Shown: in pieces, positions 11,479 through 23,260 of the stretch
How positions within the stretch are numbered: the first letter of the stretch is position 1
How the letters are laid out: each line of letters opens with the position of its first letter
NCBI RefSeq assembly: GCF_006345805.1
Contig: NC_043005.1
Coordinates: 61,938,001-62,002,000 of the forward strand
Reading direction: 5' to 3'
Source: Octopus sinensis
Lineage: Eukaryota
DNA length: 64,000 nucleotides
Position numbers and translations under genes: made by a program
Notes under the pieces: model-generated
The model's database searches: none
Told to the model about the DNA's origin: nothing
Seen by the model: the letters and a program-made list of their open reading frames with translations, nothing else

Positions 11479-12461
11479 TAAGAAGCGCTGGCTTAAATAA
11501 TGATTTTGATGTTAGTGGCGGGCGTCTATAACATTTCTAACAAATTTCACGCCTTCCCTAGCAACAAATTCTTTACTTTTGTTAAATTAACTTCACAAAT
11601 CTTTTGTACAGGAAAACTTCATTATAGACTGCTGGAAGCATACACCTTCTTTTAAGGTGGGTTTTTTTCTTCTAAGACATTTCGGTTGCTAGCAGAAACT
11701 ATTTCATTTAATTTACATCTGTGATATTCATGTGAATGGCTTTAATGTTACATCGCATTATCAAATTCCTTAAAAAATATGATGACCATGTACTTTGAAA
11801 GAAAATAACCAATACTTTATTTCTTGCTTAATCTCAGGTCAGCCTTGATCAAACAGATCACTGATCAAAAGGTGTCTAGCTGTAACCATGCATTCTTTTC
11901 ATAAACTATAGAGTAACATTATCGAATATGTCCTTCTCTTTTGCCTTCCTAAGACAGCAAAGTGTGCGATTCGAAGAATATCTTACTATTTCTGGAACAA
12001 CGAGCGCTAGCTTAGAGACTGCTTCCGTATTATCCTATATTGGTAAACAAACTGGTTTTTACTGGTAAACAAAATCAAAGTCTCATTGAAGTTATGGAGT
12101 GTGTCACGACCAAGAAAGTTTACAATAATGTCGTGATTTTAAGGAAACAATTAGAAAGAAAAAATTGTAATCGTAAATGGTCTGTAATTTTCTTCGTTTG
12201 TTGACTAATTTATGATTGATGTTTTATCGTGTTTTGAAATTATTCTACCAAATATACGTTTAACTCATCACAACCATCATACCATGCAGTTTTTAAATTA
12301 AACGTATATTACACATTTTAAAGTTCATAAATTTGGATATGTTTTTAGTGACCTTTTATGCAAAGAAGGAAATTATAGTTCACCGTTTTTTTTTTATATT
12401 AGCTACTGAGAGGACAATATTCTGGCAACAAAGCTCCAAAACCTGTTTGTGCAGATTAGCA

Positions 12462-12750
12462 ACTGCGTAATTAAATTTCATGGTCATTCACGTAAAAAAA
12501 AAACAGAACTGATCCTGTCGGTACAATTTTCGTATCCACCACTAAAAGTATTTGGTCCTTGCGCCGAGAAGAAATATTTGACAAGTATATAAAAGATAAA
12601 ATCGAGAAAATCTGGAAAATTGTCTTTACTGGGGGGGAAGGGGGGCTCTACTTCTCGCAGTATAAGGAAAGGATTATTGAAAGCTGCGGGGTAAAACCGT
12701 TTTTGGCAGGTAACGGTTATTTTATGTTTCAAGTATTCGGAAAGTAAAAG
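12462..12750 (+). repeat. Dispersed repeat, better-preserved copy, related to 131-435
   Basis: Colinear shared blocks with 131-435; family not recognised. Confidence 0.7.
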
Positions 12751-12961
12751 CGCGAATTCGTCCAAAACCGACATTTACTACTAATTTAGAGTTAAAGAAT
12801 ATTTTAATATTGTTTATATAAAGTAGAAATGGTCGAGCTTCTCAGTCAGCAAGCGCTAGTGAAAAACAGGAGATAATTAACACTGATGATCATAGAACGG
12901 AATTACTTCATAAGGGATTATAGCACTATGAAGATTGATATTGAAAGCATCAATTAGTTTC

Positions 12962-14417
12962 GGTCAATGTACAGTTTAAGCCCTGGTCACGAAAACAAAA
13001 GAACCCAGCCTGTTAGGTGTAATAAAAATGTGTAGAGAACGAATATGAAAACAAAAATTTGTGCAAACGAACGGGGGTGTTGAGAGGACTTTCGGAAAAT
13101 TCACAAGATCCGATTTTCCCCTCGTAACTTTCAGGAAAATGGATATGTTGATGAAAGTTTTGAAGAAATACCGTTCAATTGGCACGAATTACGATTATAA
13201 AGAAATTTGTGGGGAAAATGTTTTCCGAAGGGTTGGGGTGAGGATTTCGGAAAATTCACATGATACTTTTTTTTTCCCTCCTCATCACTTTCAGGAGAAT
13301 GGATATCTTTTGATGAAATTTTACAGAAACACCTTTCAAACAGCACAGATTACGATTATAAAGAAACGTGCGGGGAAAATGTTTTCCGAATGGGTGGGGA
13401 GAGGACATTGAAACAACGATGCGAAAATGCCTCACGCTAACAATTTTGAAGATAGCGTCCAGAGAAAATAAGCACACAAAACATTGAAAGACTTTGGAGC
13501 GATATAAAAGAATAAATCAAAAAGCCATGAATTCGATCAAAATATCTGCAACAATATCTTGTAAGATATTTACTTATAACTTCCCAACATGAAGAAAGTC
13601 TGTTACACAAGTTCTTCATAGAGGCAGCCAAGTTATACCCTCCTCTCTCGAATCGTTGCTGTCAAATAATTACCAAGCAAGACGAATGTATGTACAAGTA
13701 TGTTTGCGCAAATTTTTGTTTTCATATTCGTTTTCTATACGTTTTAAACCAATTAGACTGGTCTTTTATTTTTTCCTTTTTAGTGACCAGGCGCTAAACT
13801 AGATCCTGAAAGTTATGAGGGGGAAAAAACGGACCGTGTGAACTTTCCGACAGTCCTCTCCCCACCCACTCGGAAAACATTTTCCCCACAAATTTCTTTA
13901 TAATCGTAATCTATGCTGTTTGAAAGGTGTTTCTGTAAAATTTCATTGAAAGATATCCATTTTCCTGAAAGTTATGAGGGGGAAAAATCGGATCTTGTGA
14001 ATTTTCCGAAAGTATTCTCCCCCACCCCGCGTTCGCTTGCGCAAATTTTTGCTTTCATATTCGTTTTCTGCACGGCGCTAAACTAAGTTATGAGGGGAAA
14101 AAAAACGGATCGTGTGAATTTTCCGACAGTCCTCTCCTCACCTCGTCGGAAAACATTTTCCACACAAATTTCTTTATAATCGTAATCTCTGCTGTTTGAA
14201 AGGTGTTTCTGTAAAATTTCATTGAAAGACATCCATTTTCCTGAAAGTTATGAGGGGAAAAATCGGATCGTGTAAATTTTTCGAAAGTCCTTCCCCTCCG
14301 CGTTCGTTTGCGCAAATTTTTGTTTTCATTTTCGTTTTCAACACATTTTTTTTACACCTAGTAGGTTGTGTTTTGTCTTTTGTATTTCGTGACCGAGGCT
14401 TAAACAGTATATTGACC
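12962..14417 (+). mobile_element. Merlin-superfamily foldback element with internal transposase C-terminal relic
   Basis: Ends GGTCAATGTACAG...CAGTATATTGACC; perfect 8-bp TSD TTAGTTTC (12954-12961, 14418-14425); long inverted arms built of ~140-bp units. The spacer at 13471-13640 translates STQNIERLWSDIKE*IKKP*IRSKYLQQYLVRYLLITSQHEESLLHKFFIEAAKLYP. Confidence 0.9.
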
Positions 14418-15603
14418 TTAGTTTCTTGCACCATTGAGATTAAATATTATAAAGTCGGTACTAAACTATAACCGAAATTTGTAAGGGAAGTTTTTGAAGG
14501 AATTTGAACAGACTAAAATATAATGGCGATCGATAATGGCCGATATGTAACTCGATATAGCAAGCACGTCATTGTATGCTATATAAATGTTAGATATAAT
14601 AAATTAAGTGACATAAAGGACATAGAATAAAGAAAAAGCTAACAATTTCAATTTAATAAATAAAAAATTCATTCCCAATGTTAAAAAGTAATACAAAGTA
14701 CATTTTTATCAGCAAGAAAAATGTGTAAGACGGAACTAGAAAATATAACTATTAAGAAAAAAAAAAAACGAAGATGTTATATTTCATTATATTTTTGTGC
14801 TATATAGACAGGTCTATGTGACAACATACAGTGATATGATATAGCTAAAAGTTCGTTATATTTTGGTGCTCTATAGATAGGTGATAGGTGTATAACAATG
14901 CAGTCAAAAAGTTCTTTTACAAAAGGCTATATATAAGTAGAGAACAAAATTCCACTTCCTCTCCGGCGTTCTCTAATAAATTGATAACAACTAGTTAAGA
15001 TTTTACAGACATATTCACAAAACAAAAGATCATGGCTACTTGTGAGGTTTTTAGTTTGGTTGTTTCCCTAAATGACTCTCCCTGGTACTGTGCGGTGGGC
15101 TCGAACACGGAACCAGGTGGTTGCAAACAAACTTACGCTTGCACCTATACACAGTATCTTAAGCAAATACGCTGTTTTTCATAGCCATCTTGCTTTACCT
15201 AAATGAATCAGAAAAACTACATCAGCAAGCAAATATATACTGATATAAATGCCAACTTAGAAGAGAACCTTTTCGCAGACCATTCAATCTATGAACAATC
15301 ATATTCCACCACTTTAATGTTTTAAGGCGGCAGAAGTGTGATTAGATGAAGATTTGGTTGCTATTTCTAGCAGCTCGAGTTACCGCGTCGCGGTTCCCTG
15401 TTAGGATTCACATGGTACCGACAAAGCAGTTACTGAAAAACTTTACTTCGTTTATGAGACCCCGACCGCCAAAGATCGGCAGCTTTGAAATGAGCTTCCT
15501 GAGTGTCAGAACAAAAGCTGCGATGTATTTTACCCAACAACTGTAGCGGTCCTGACAATTCGCCAACTTTCACTACTTTATTAAACCAAAAGTTAATCGG
15601 TGC

Positions 15604-15698
15604 TACTTAAGCGTGCGGTCTACCTCAGTATTCGTAGTTTACGTTGTGAAATAACCTGATCTGGGTTGTGATTAAGGTTAGACTGCAACGCTTAAGTA
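15604..15698. repeat. Small inverted repeat / candidate mini-MITE
   Basis: TACTTAAGCGTGCGGTCTA ... TAGACTGCAACGCTTAAGTA, with TA at both ends. Confidence 0.5.
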
Positions 15699-16327
15699 TA
15701 GGCCCGGTTGACCGCACCAATTCATTTTTATTAGATTACCTCAAAGTCCACCCCACCCGCCATTAGCGTGCTTTCGGGAGATGTTTAAACTGCAAAACTT
15801 ATGAGGGTGGGAAGCTGATACCGAAAATGGCCACTCTAGGTAAAATTAACGAAGTGTAACATTTTTGTCTGTAGAGAAACTGGTATACTTTACAATCCGT
15901 GACAGACGATACATTCCACCTTAACTTTTCTTCAATTAGAATGGTTTGAGGGATGCCAATACAGGAGATGTTAAAATGACTAATGGAAAGGATGCAAAAT
16001 TCTTAGTTCCCCTTTTATTTTTTGTTGTTGGAAAAGAAAATTTACAAAACTGGGGAGAAAAAATCACGCTACTGATTTCTCTTCATTTAAATTTCTGGAG
16101 ATAAATTGATTCGGGGCGGTGGGCAGAAAAAGTTTGTCGACGGTTAAGTGTAGCTACAAAAACACCTTTAACACCTTCATAACTTATTGCTTGACGAGAG
16201 AACCGCCAAACTTTTGCAGTTCCTTCGTGGCGACGACTGGAATATTCGTCTTCATGATCAACATTAAAAATACTGAAAGTACATGTAACGCTATGGTACA
16301 GTTTAAGGTGTTTTCAATATGTATATA

Positions 16328-16791
16328 CCGTTAATCCTCGAGTATAATCCGCATTTTTTCCCCAAAATTTAAAGGTCAAAATCCCTAGTGCGCACTATAT
16401 ACGAGGTTATTTTCTAAGCAATGTCCGAGTCTCTATTTGCTGTCCGGCAATGTTTATTCAGACGCATTTTGTGATGTCGGGCGCGAAAATACCTCAAGCT
16501 AAGCCTGAAAGCAATGAAGTCAAAAAGTGATTTATGGACTGAATGGATATTTTCTGCAAACAAAATGCACAAAAAAGCTACACGTTTGCATTATGTTTTA
16601 TGTACAATAATAATAATAAAGGATGTTACCGTATACATTTTTACAAACCAAGGACGTTATATAGACCTCCTTGACTCAAGTTAGAGAAGGGGTGCGTATA
16701 ATACACAAGGTTTAGGTTTTTCAGAGGTACAGCCCCGTAAAAATCCCCTGCGTATTATACTTAAGGGCGGACTATACTCGAGGATTTACGG
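16328..16791 (+). mobile_element. pogo-type non-autonomous transposon; deletion derivative of the 22155-23046 family
   Basis: TA|CCGTTAATCCTCGAGTATA...TATACTCGAGGATTTACGG|TA; near-identical to the 22155-23046 copy apart from an internal deletion. Confidence 0.9.
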
Positions 16792-16902
16792 TATGTCTTC
16801 TCAATAAATGACTGACAATGTTTTTTTTTTGTTTCATTGTTTCACTTTAAGAAATTTAAATGATTTTATTTACATATGTGTAATGCAATCATATATAAAT
16901 TA

Positions 16903-17185
16903 CTAACAGTATCGCCCGGCGTTGCTCGGGTTTGTAAGGGAAATAACTATATAAGCATTTTTAGAGAGTTATAGCCAAAAAATAGCACAAAAATGCATTA
17001 AAAATGGAAAAAAAAAATGATGGTAAATTTTTTTTTAAATCATTGACTCATCGTAGACAAGGGCTCGATATGAATCACGACTATAAGATACCCGGTTTTG
17101 GTTAAACTGCACCGCAAAATGTGGGAGTAGTTAGGAATCTAAATCGTAGGAGACAGACACACAACTTGACTTTTATATATAAAGA
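16903..17185 (-). mobile_element. Non-autonomous Helitron
   Basis: Minus strand reads A|TCTTTATATATAAAAG ... CCCGAGCAACGCCGGGCGATACTGTTAG|T; same 3' end as 6775-7140. Confidence 0.8.
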
Positions 17186-17856
17186 TGTCATGAACTGTCA
17201 ATGACTGATCTAAAATATTTTATTACTTTAATTGTTTATAATATATGAATAAAATGTGACTTGTTTTTCAAGCAAACATTGACTTTTTTTCCGGACACCA
17301 AGAGATTAATCGAAAGCATTTTCTTTTCAGAACCTCATTTATACTCTTGATTATCTACTTTTATATATTTCAGCCGTTGCAATTCTTCCTGACAAGATAT
17401 TCATTGATGTTACCAACTTTAAAGGACCGGTGTAAATCGCCGAAAATGAGATTCTCGTTTCGCTTTGTTTATATTGATTTCTCGACACGTCAATTCCTTT
17501 TGCAAAGAAATTCATTGATATACGATTATAAAAATCATCCGAATAATCCGCTATATTTGCAACCTTAGAAGTGACATTTTATCGTCACATTTTGTTGATT
17601 TTCTTATAATATATTTATTTATCACCATTACATTTTATCTCCAACAAAGTATATATACGTAAATCGATATGAACACTTGTAGTCGTAGAAATTTGCATTT
17701 TTTTCCGAACATCACTGGTAATCTTTCGTTTTTGATATCCTGTGGTATATAAAACTTTCGCCATATTTTAAGTAAGGAATATTTACAAGATTTTGTTGCT
17801 AATGAAGATTTCTAGCATAGTAGAGACAAGACGAATTAGTAAGAGCCGTTTAAGAT

Positions 17857-18065
17857 GGCGAGCTAGCAGAATCGTTAGCACGCTAGGCAAAATGCTCAGC
17901 GGCATTCCATGCGTCTTTATGTTCTGAGTTCAAATCCCGCCGAGGTCGACTTGGCCTTTCGAGGTCCATAAAACACCAGTTGAGCATTGGGTCGATGTAA
18001 TCGACTTACTCCCTTACCCCAAAACTGCAGGCCTTGTGCAAAAGTTTGAAATTTAAAACCAATAA
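17857..18065 (+). mobile_element. SINE family A
   Basis: GGCGAGCTAGCAGAATCGTTAGCACGC head through TTTGAAA..AA tail. Confidence 0.9.
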
Positions 18066-18491
18066 GGCAACTTTTCATCTCTTCTTGGCAGAGGTCTAGA
18101 ATAGGTCGCCCACATAAGTTCAGTTTTCTCTGTTTTGACACGGATTTTTCAAAATTTTTCCCTACGCGCTTCAAAATGATGCGTGGGGAGGAGTAGCTTT
18201 TGAAAATTTATCTCCTCCTCCTCGGGGTCAACAGGAGGGATTTTTCGATTCTTTTTTTCTTCTTTTTTTTAGCATTACGCCCTTAAAAACGATGGAAGAA
18301 GCCCTTTTTTAAATTTTTTAATTTTAAAATCCATGGAAATCCATCATTTTGGGAGTCCTGCCAACGCAGTTACGACAGCGATCACCATTACAACCGGAAA
18401 GGTCTAAAAGAAAGATCGAAGAAAACACAGATGGAAAGTTATATACCTAGATTGCTGAGAATTAGTGCGATTATTAAGAGTGACTTAAATG

Positions 18492-19727
18492 GGTCAATAT
18501 ACAGTTTAAGCCGCGGTCACGAAAAAAAGGAAAAACAGCCTACTAGGTGTAAAATAATGTGTAGAAAACGAATATGAAAACAAAAATTTGCGCAAAGGAA
18601 CGGGAGTGTGGGGGAGAGGACTTTCGGAAAATTCACAAGATCCGATTTTCCCTCAAAACTTTCAGGAAAATTGATATCTTTCAATGAAATTTTATAGAAA
18701 TACCGTTCAAATGACACAAATTACGATTATAAAGTAGTTTTTGGGGAAAATGTTTTCCAAAGGGGTGGGGAGAATACTTTCGGAAAATTCACATGATCCG
18801 TTTTTTTCCTTCATAACTTTCAGGAAAATGAATATCTTTCAATGAAATTTTACTGAAACACTTTTCAAACAGCATAGATTACGATTATAAAGAAATTTGT
18901 GGTGAAAATGTTTTCTGAAGTGGGGAGAGGACTGTCGGAAAGTTCACACGATCCGTTTTTTTTCCCCTCATAACTTTCAGGATCTAGTTTAGTGCCCGGT
19001 CACCACAAAACAATTTATTAGGTGTAAAAAATTAAAAAAAACCGCAAACGAATGGGGGATTGGTGGGGGCAGAGGACTTTAGGAATATTCACACGATCTG
19101 ATTTTTTCCCTCATAACTTTCAGGAAAATGGATATCTTTCAATGAAATTTTACAGAAACACCTTTGAAACAGCAGAGATTACGATTATAAAGAAATTTGT
19201 GGGGAAAATATTTTCAGAAGGGATGGGGGAAAGAGGCGGCCAAGTTATACAAGTTATTACCTTCCGCTCTCGAATCGTTGCCCTCAAATAATTACAAATC
19301 AAGACTAAGGTATGTTTGCGCACCTTTTTGTTTTCATATTCGTTTTCAACACTTTTTTAAAAATACTAATTAGACTTTTTTTTTTCGTTTTAGTAACCAG
19401 GCGTTACACTAGATGAGGGGTAAAAAACGGATTGTGAGAATTTTCTGAAATCCTCTCCCCAACACTTGGAAAACGTTTTCCTCAGATATTATTTAATAAT
19501 CGTAGTTTGTGCCATTTGAACGGTATTTCTATAAAATTTCATTAATATATATCCATTTTTCTGAAAGCTATGAGGGAAAAATGGGATTTTGTGAATTTTC
19601 CGAAAGTCTCTCCTCCACTCCCGTTTGCGCAAATTTTTGTTTTCAAATTCGTTTTCTACACATTATTTTACACTTAGCAGGCTGGTTTTTTTGTTTTTGT
19701 GACAGGGGCTTAAATTGTATATTGACC
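18492..19727 (+). mobile_element. Merlin-superfamily foldback element, second copy
   Basis: GGTCAATATACAG...TTGTATATTGACC ends; perfect 8-bp TSD CTTAAATG (18484-18491, 19728-19735); same ~140-bp units. Only the last few codons of the transposase relic remain (GCCAAGTTATAC...CTCTCGAATCGTTG). Confidence 0.9.
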
Positions 19728-19779
19728 CTTAAATGTTTTTCACTTCGTATAAAAATCAACGACTCCCAACAGAGACATA

Positions 19780-19965
19780 CATATATGCATAGGTACGTAA
19801 GTGTGCATACATATCTATACACATAGGTACATAAATACATATATATCTATAGGTATAGGTACATAAGTATATATATATATATATATATATTTGGCTAGGT
19901 ACATAAGTATACATATATATCTATATGGCTGGGTACATAAGTACACATATCTATGTATAAGTACT
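19780..19965. repeat. TA/CA-rich low-complexity tract
   Basis: TACATA/TATA repeats. Confidence 0.85.
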
Positions 19966-20175
19966 CCGGCCATTTCATCATGTTGGACCGTTAATCCCAA
20001 AACTGTTTTCTCCGTTGTATTACGTTCTCTCCATTCCCCCGCGCTCTCTCAATCCTTTCTATCGAAGAGCGTAGGTTCGAAACATCAAAGACTTTTACAT
20101 TCTTCCTGATCAAACTAATACACCTGCTTGTTGTTCCTTCACCTGTCTTCGTCTTTTGTTTTCTGTAAAGTTTAA

Positions 20176-20193
20176 CTCTCTCTCTCTCTCGTT

Positions 20194-20275
<82 letters not shown>
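20176..20275. repeat. Compound (CT)(CA)(TA) microsatellite
   Basis: Direct reading. Confidence 0.95.
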
Positions 20276-20280
<5 letters not shown>

Positions 20281-20479
20281 TATTATGTGTGTGTCTGTGC
20301 ATACGCGCGTACATAGAATGAGATGAATTTGTACGGTATGCCCTGACGAATCTAGGTAAAAATGTAACTGGAAAAGTAACAGGGGTTTTGTCAGGATCCC
20401 ATAAATTGTGACTTTTTCCCCCACTGTGTCTTTATTACCGGTCACCGCCCTGACATCTCGTTTCACAAATCGATTGCTC

Positions 20480-21460
20480 GATTTTGTAGACACTACGCAC
20501 TTAAAAACGATAGGAGAAACCTTTTCGTTGAAAAACCAAAAAAAATTCAATCCCATATTTATAATTTCTTAACACGAGTTGGAATTTCTGTTTTGACGAG
20601 GATTTTTCCAATTTTATTTTTCACTGTACATTTCGAAATGGTGGGGCGCATCATTTTCTCAAAATTTTTTTACCCACTTCGGACCGATTTCGTGGGCACT
20701 ACGTACTTAAAAACCATGGCAGAAACTTTTCCGTTAAAAAAAAATTTCAACTCCATATTTATGAATCTCGATACATGGCATTTTTTTAATTTTGTTTTTT
20801 TTGTTAAACCTTCTTTACATTACTCAACTATATTCATGGATAGAAAAATATTAAACAAAGAACCAAGGACAGTATCAGATGGTCGAGAGATGTGCTAAAA
20901 TCAATAGTTAAATTGCCCTTTTTTCGCTAGTGAAACTATATTCAACATCATATTAATGAATTTGTTTCTCTCGCAATGATACTCTCTTTTACTCTTTTAT
21001 TTGTTTCAGTCATTTGACTGCGGCCATGCTGGAGCACCGCCTTTTTAGTCGAGCAAATCGACCCCGGGACTTATTCTTTGTAAGCCCAGTACTTATTCTA
21101 TCGGTCTCTTTTGCCGAACCGCTAAGTAACGGGAATCTTTTTTTTTTTCAAATTTTTCTATTACTCAAACGAAAAATAATGAATCTAAAAAAATGCTTTT
21201 CAAACTTTATCCATTACACTCAAGCAAAATTCATAAGTATGGGGGTAAATTTTTTTTTATCGAAAAGGTTTCTCCCATCGTTTTTAAGTGTGTTCACAAA
21301 ATCAACCAAAATCGGTCCGAGAGAGGGAGTGTTTAAAAAAAACCCCTTCATTTTTCGAAAAAAATTTTTGGTTTTGCTAAAATGATGCTCCCATCATTTC
21401 GAAGGGCATCGTGAAAAAAGTTGAAAAAACCCCCGTCAAAACGGAGAAAATTTCACGAAG
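20480..21460. mobile_element. Degenerate inverted-arm (foldback-like) element interrupted by a SINE B fragment
   Basis: CACTTAAAAACGATAGGAGAAACCTTTTCG (+, ~20498) pairs with CGAAAAGGTTTCTCCCATCGTTTTTAAGTG (~21261). TTCTGTTTTGACG pairs with CGTCAAAACGGAGAA. Related segment at 18120-18340. Confidence 0.5.
20985..21132 (-). mobile_element. SINE family B, 3' portion
   Basis: TACTCTTTTACTC...CAGTCATTTGACTGCGGCCATGCTGGAGCACCGCC...GCCGAACCGCTAAG. Confidence 0.9.
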
Positions 21461-21989
21461 AACAGCGAAAACACTTTTTCAATTTTTGTTTTCTTCGCAT
21501 TTCTATAAAGATAAGAGTATTCCTAATCATTTTATTATCCGCTCTAAATACATTTTGAATCATTTAATGTTCCTAGAATAAAAATAAAAAGCATCAGAGC
21601 ATCTAAAACGAAATTGTACGAATCAACGAAGAAGCCAATAAGTTGTCGATCATCCTACTACAAGACAAAATTAAAATATTTAGGTTAAATGAAAGAGGAT
21701 CTTGGAAAAATTACATGATATGAGAGTAACGAAATTCGACTAAATCTAAAACTCAGCATGAAATATTCTCCATAGCATCTTCAGTATCTGCTGGAGTGGA
21801 TCTCGCCGTGATATATTTAAGCATCATGCTGTTAAAGAGAATAAACTATTGAAATTGGTTACGAATTATTTTGCCCCCACTTTAGAGGTTTGGGAAATTA
21901 TCAAATTAGAGAATGTGTAGAAATAATTGACTTAGAATCAAACAGTGGAAAGAATTTTTGATCAAACTCCAGTGTTTGACCCGAGCAAA

Positions 21990-23260
21990 AAAAAAAAAAG
22001 TGTAATAGGTGTAAAACGTAGTAAACGAATATAAAAAAATGCGCGCTGGCGAACGGAAGGGAGCAGGGGAGAGGACTCGGAAAATTCAGATTGGGAATGT
22101 TTCGAGTCCTTTCACCACTTCCCCATTCGTCGGCGAAATTGTTTTTTCTTCATACTGTAAATCCTCGAGTATAGTCCACCCTTGAGTATAATACGCAGGG
22201 GACTTTTAGGGGGCTGTACCTCTGAAAAACCTAAACCTTGTGTATAATACGCATCCCTTCTCTAACTTGAGTCAAGGACGTCTATATAACGTCCTTGGTT
22301 TGTAAAAATGTTTTACGGTAACCTCCTTTATTATTATTGTATACATAACATAAAGCAAACGTGTAGCTTTTTTGTGCATTCTCTTTGCAGAAAATAAAGA
22401 AATATCAGTAATAACGTCAGTGAAAAATAAATATTAAGTAAATTGCCTTTACGTATTTATCAATATCAGTTACAAAAGCAAAAACATTTATTCAAATCCA
22501 ACATCACTTTCAGCATCAAATAACTGTTCCATTTGTTCCTCCGTAAACATGTCAGCATCATTGTAGTGTAAATCTCCGTCATCGTCAGATTCATAGTCAA
22601 CATCAGAAGATTCACTTTCATTTATTTCATCTCTCCATACAACGTCATCCTGCGTACCAACCAGTGCAGACGACATACAACATTTGATAAAACTTTTCAC
22701 AATTATCTGAGGATTAAGTTCATTCCATGCATACACGATCCATTTGTATATCAAAGTCAGGTCGGGAGCGTGAACCCTTCCACCTTTAGTGAACGACTTT
22801 TCTCCAGCCGACATCCATTCAGTCCATAAATCACTTTTTGACTTCATTGCTTTCAGGCTTAGCCTAAGGTATTTTCGCGCCCGACATCACAAAATGCGTC
22901 TGAATAAACATTGCCGGACAGCAAATAGAGATTCGGACATTGCTTAGAAAATATTTTTCATTTTTAACCTCGTATACAGTAGGCACTAGGGATTTTGACC
23001 TTTAAATTTTGGGGGAAAAATGCGGATTATACTCGAGGATTTACGGTATTCGTTTACTACACATTATTTTTACACCTGGTACACTATTTTTTTTCAATTT
23101 TTGTGACGGGGTGGGTGGGGTGCGGACTCGGATAATTCACACGATCCAGTAACTCCAGTTCGACAACCGGTCACAAAAATAGTGCAATAGGTGCAAAATA
23201 ACATGTAGTAAACGAATATTAAAAAAATGCTCGCTGGCGAACGGTGGGGGTGGGGGAGAA
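21990..23260. mobile_element. Degraded fragments of the Merlin foldback family, split by a pogo insertion
   Basis: TAGGTGTAAAA..GTAGTAAACGAATAT...GCGAACGG...GAGAGGACTCGGAAAATTCA units on both sides of 22155-23046. Confidence 0.6.
22155..23046 (-). mobile_element. pogo-type DNA transposon, internally deleted, retaining the transposase C-terminus
   Basis: TA-flanked TIRs C(T/C)GTAAATCCTCGAGTATA. ORF 22488-22847 reads WMSAGEKSFTKGGRVHAPDL...WIVYAWNEL...KSFIKCCMSSALVGTQDD plus an acidic tail, typical of the pogo DDD transposase C-terminus. Confidence 0.92.

Noticed and set aside
11612-11656. 45-nt micro-exon candidate (ag|ENFIIDCWKHTPSFK|gt)
   Set aside because: Splice signals of this quality arise by chance in AT-rich DNA; no recognisable homology and no linked exons.
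12962-19727. CRISPR-like or satellite array from the ~140-bp repeated units
   Set aside because: Eukaryotic DNA; there are no unique spacers between identical repeats, and the units form the arms of TSD-bounded transposons.
19815-20556. ORFs rich in YI/CV/ER repeats (and similar ones at 40441, 57151 and 60099)
   Set aside because: They are translations of microsatellites.
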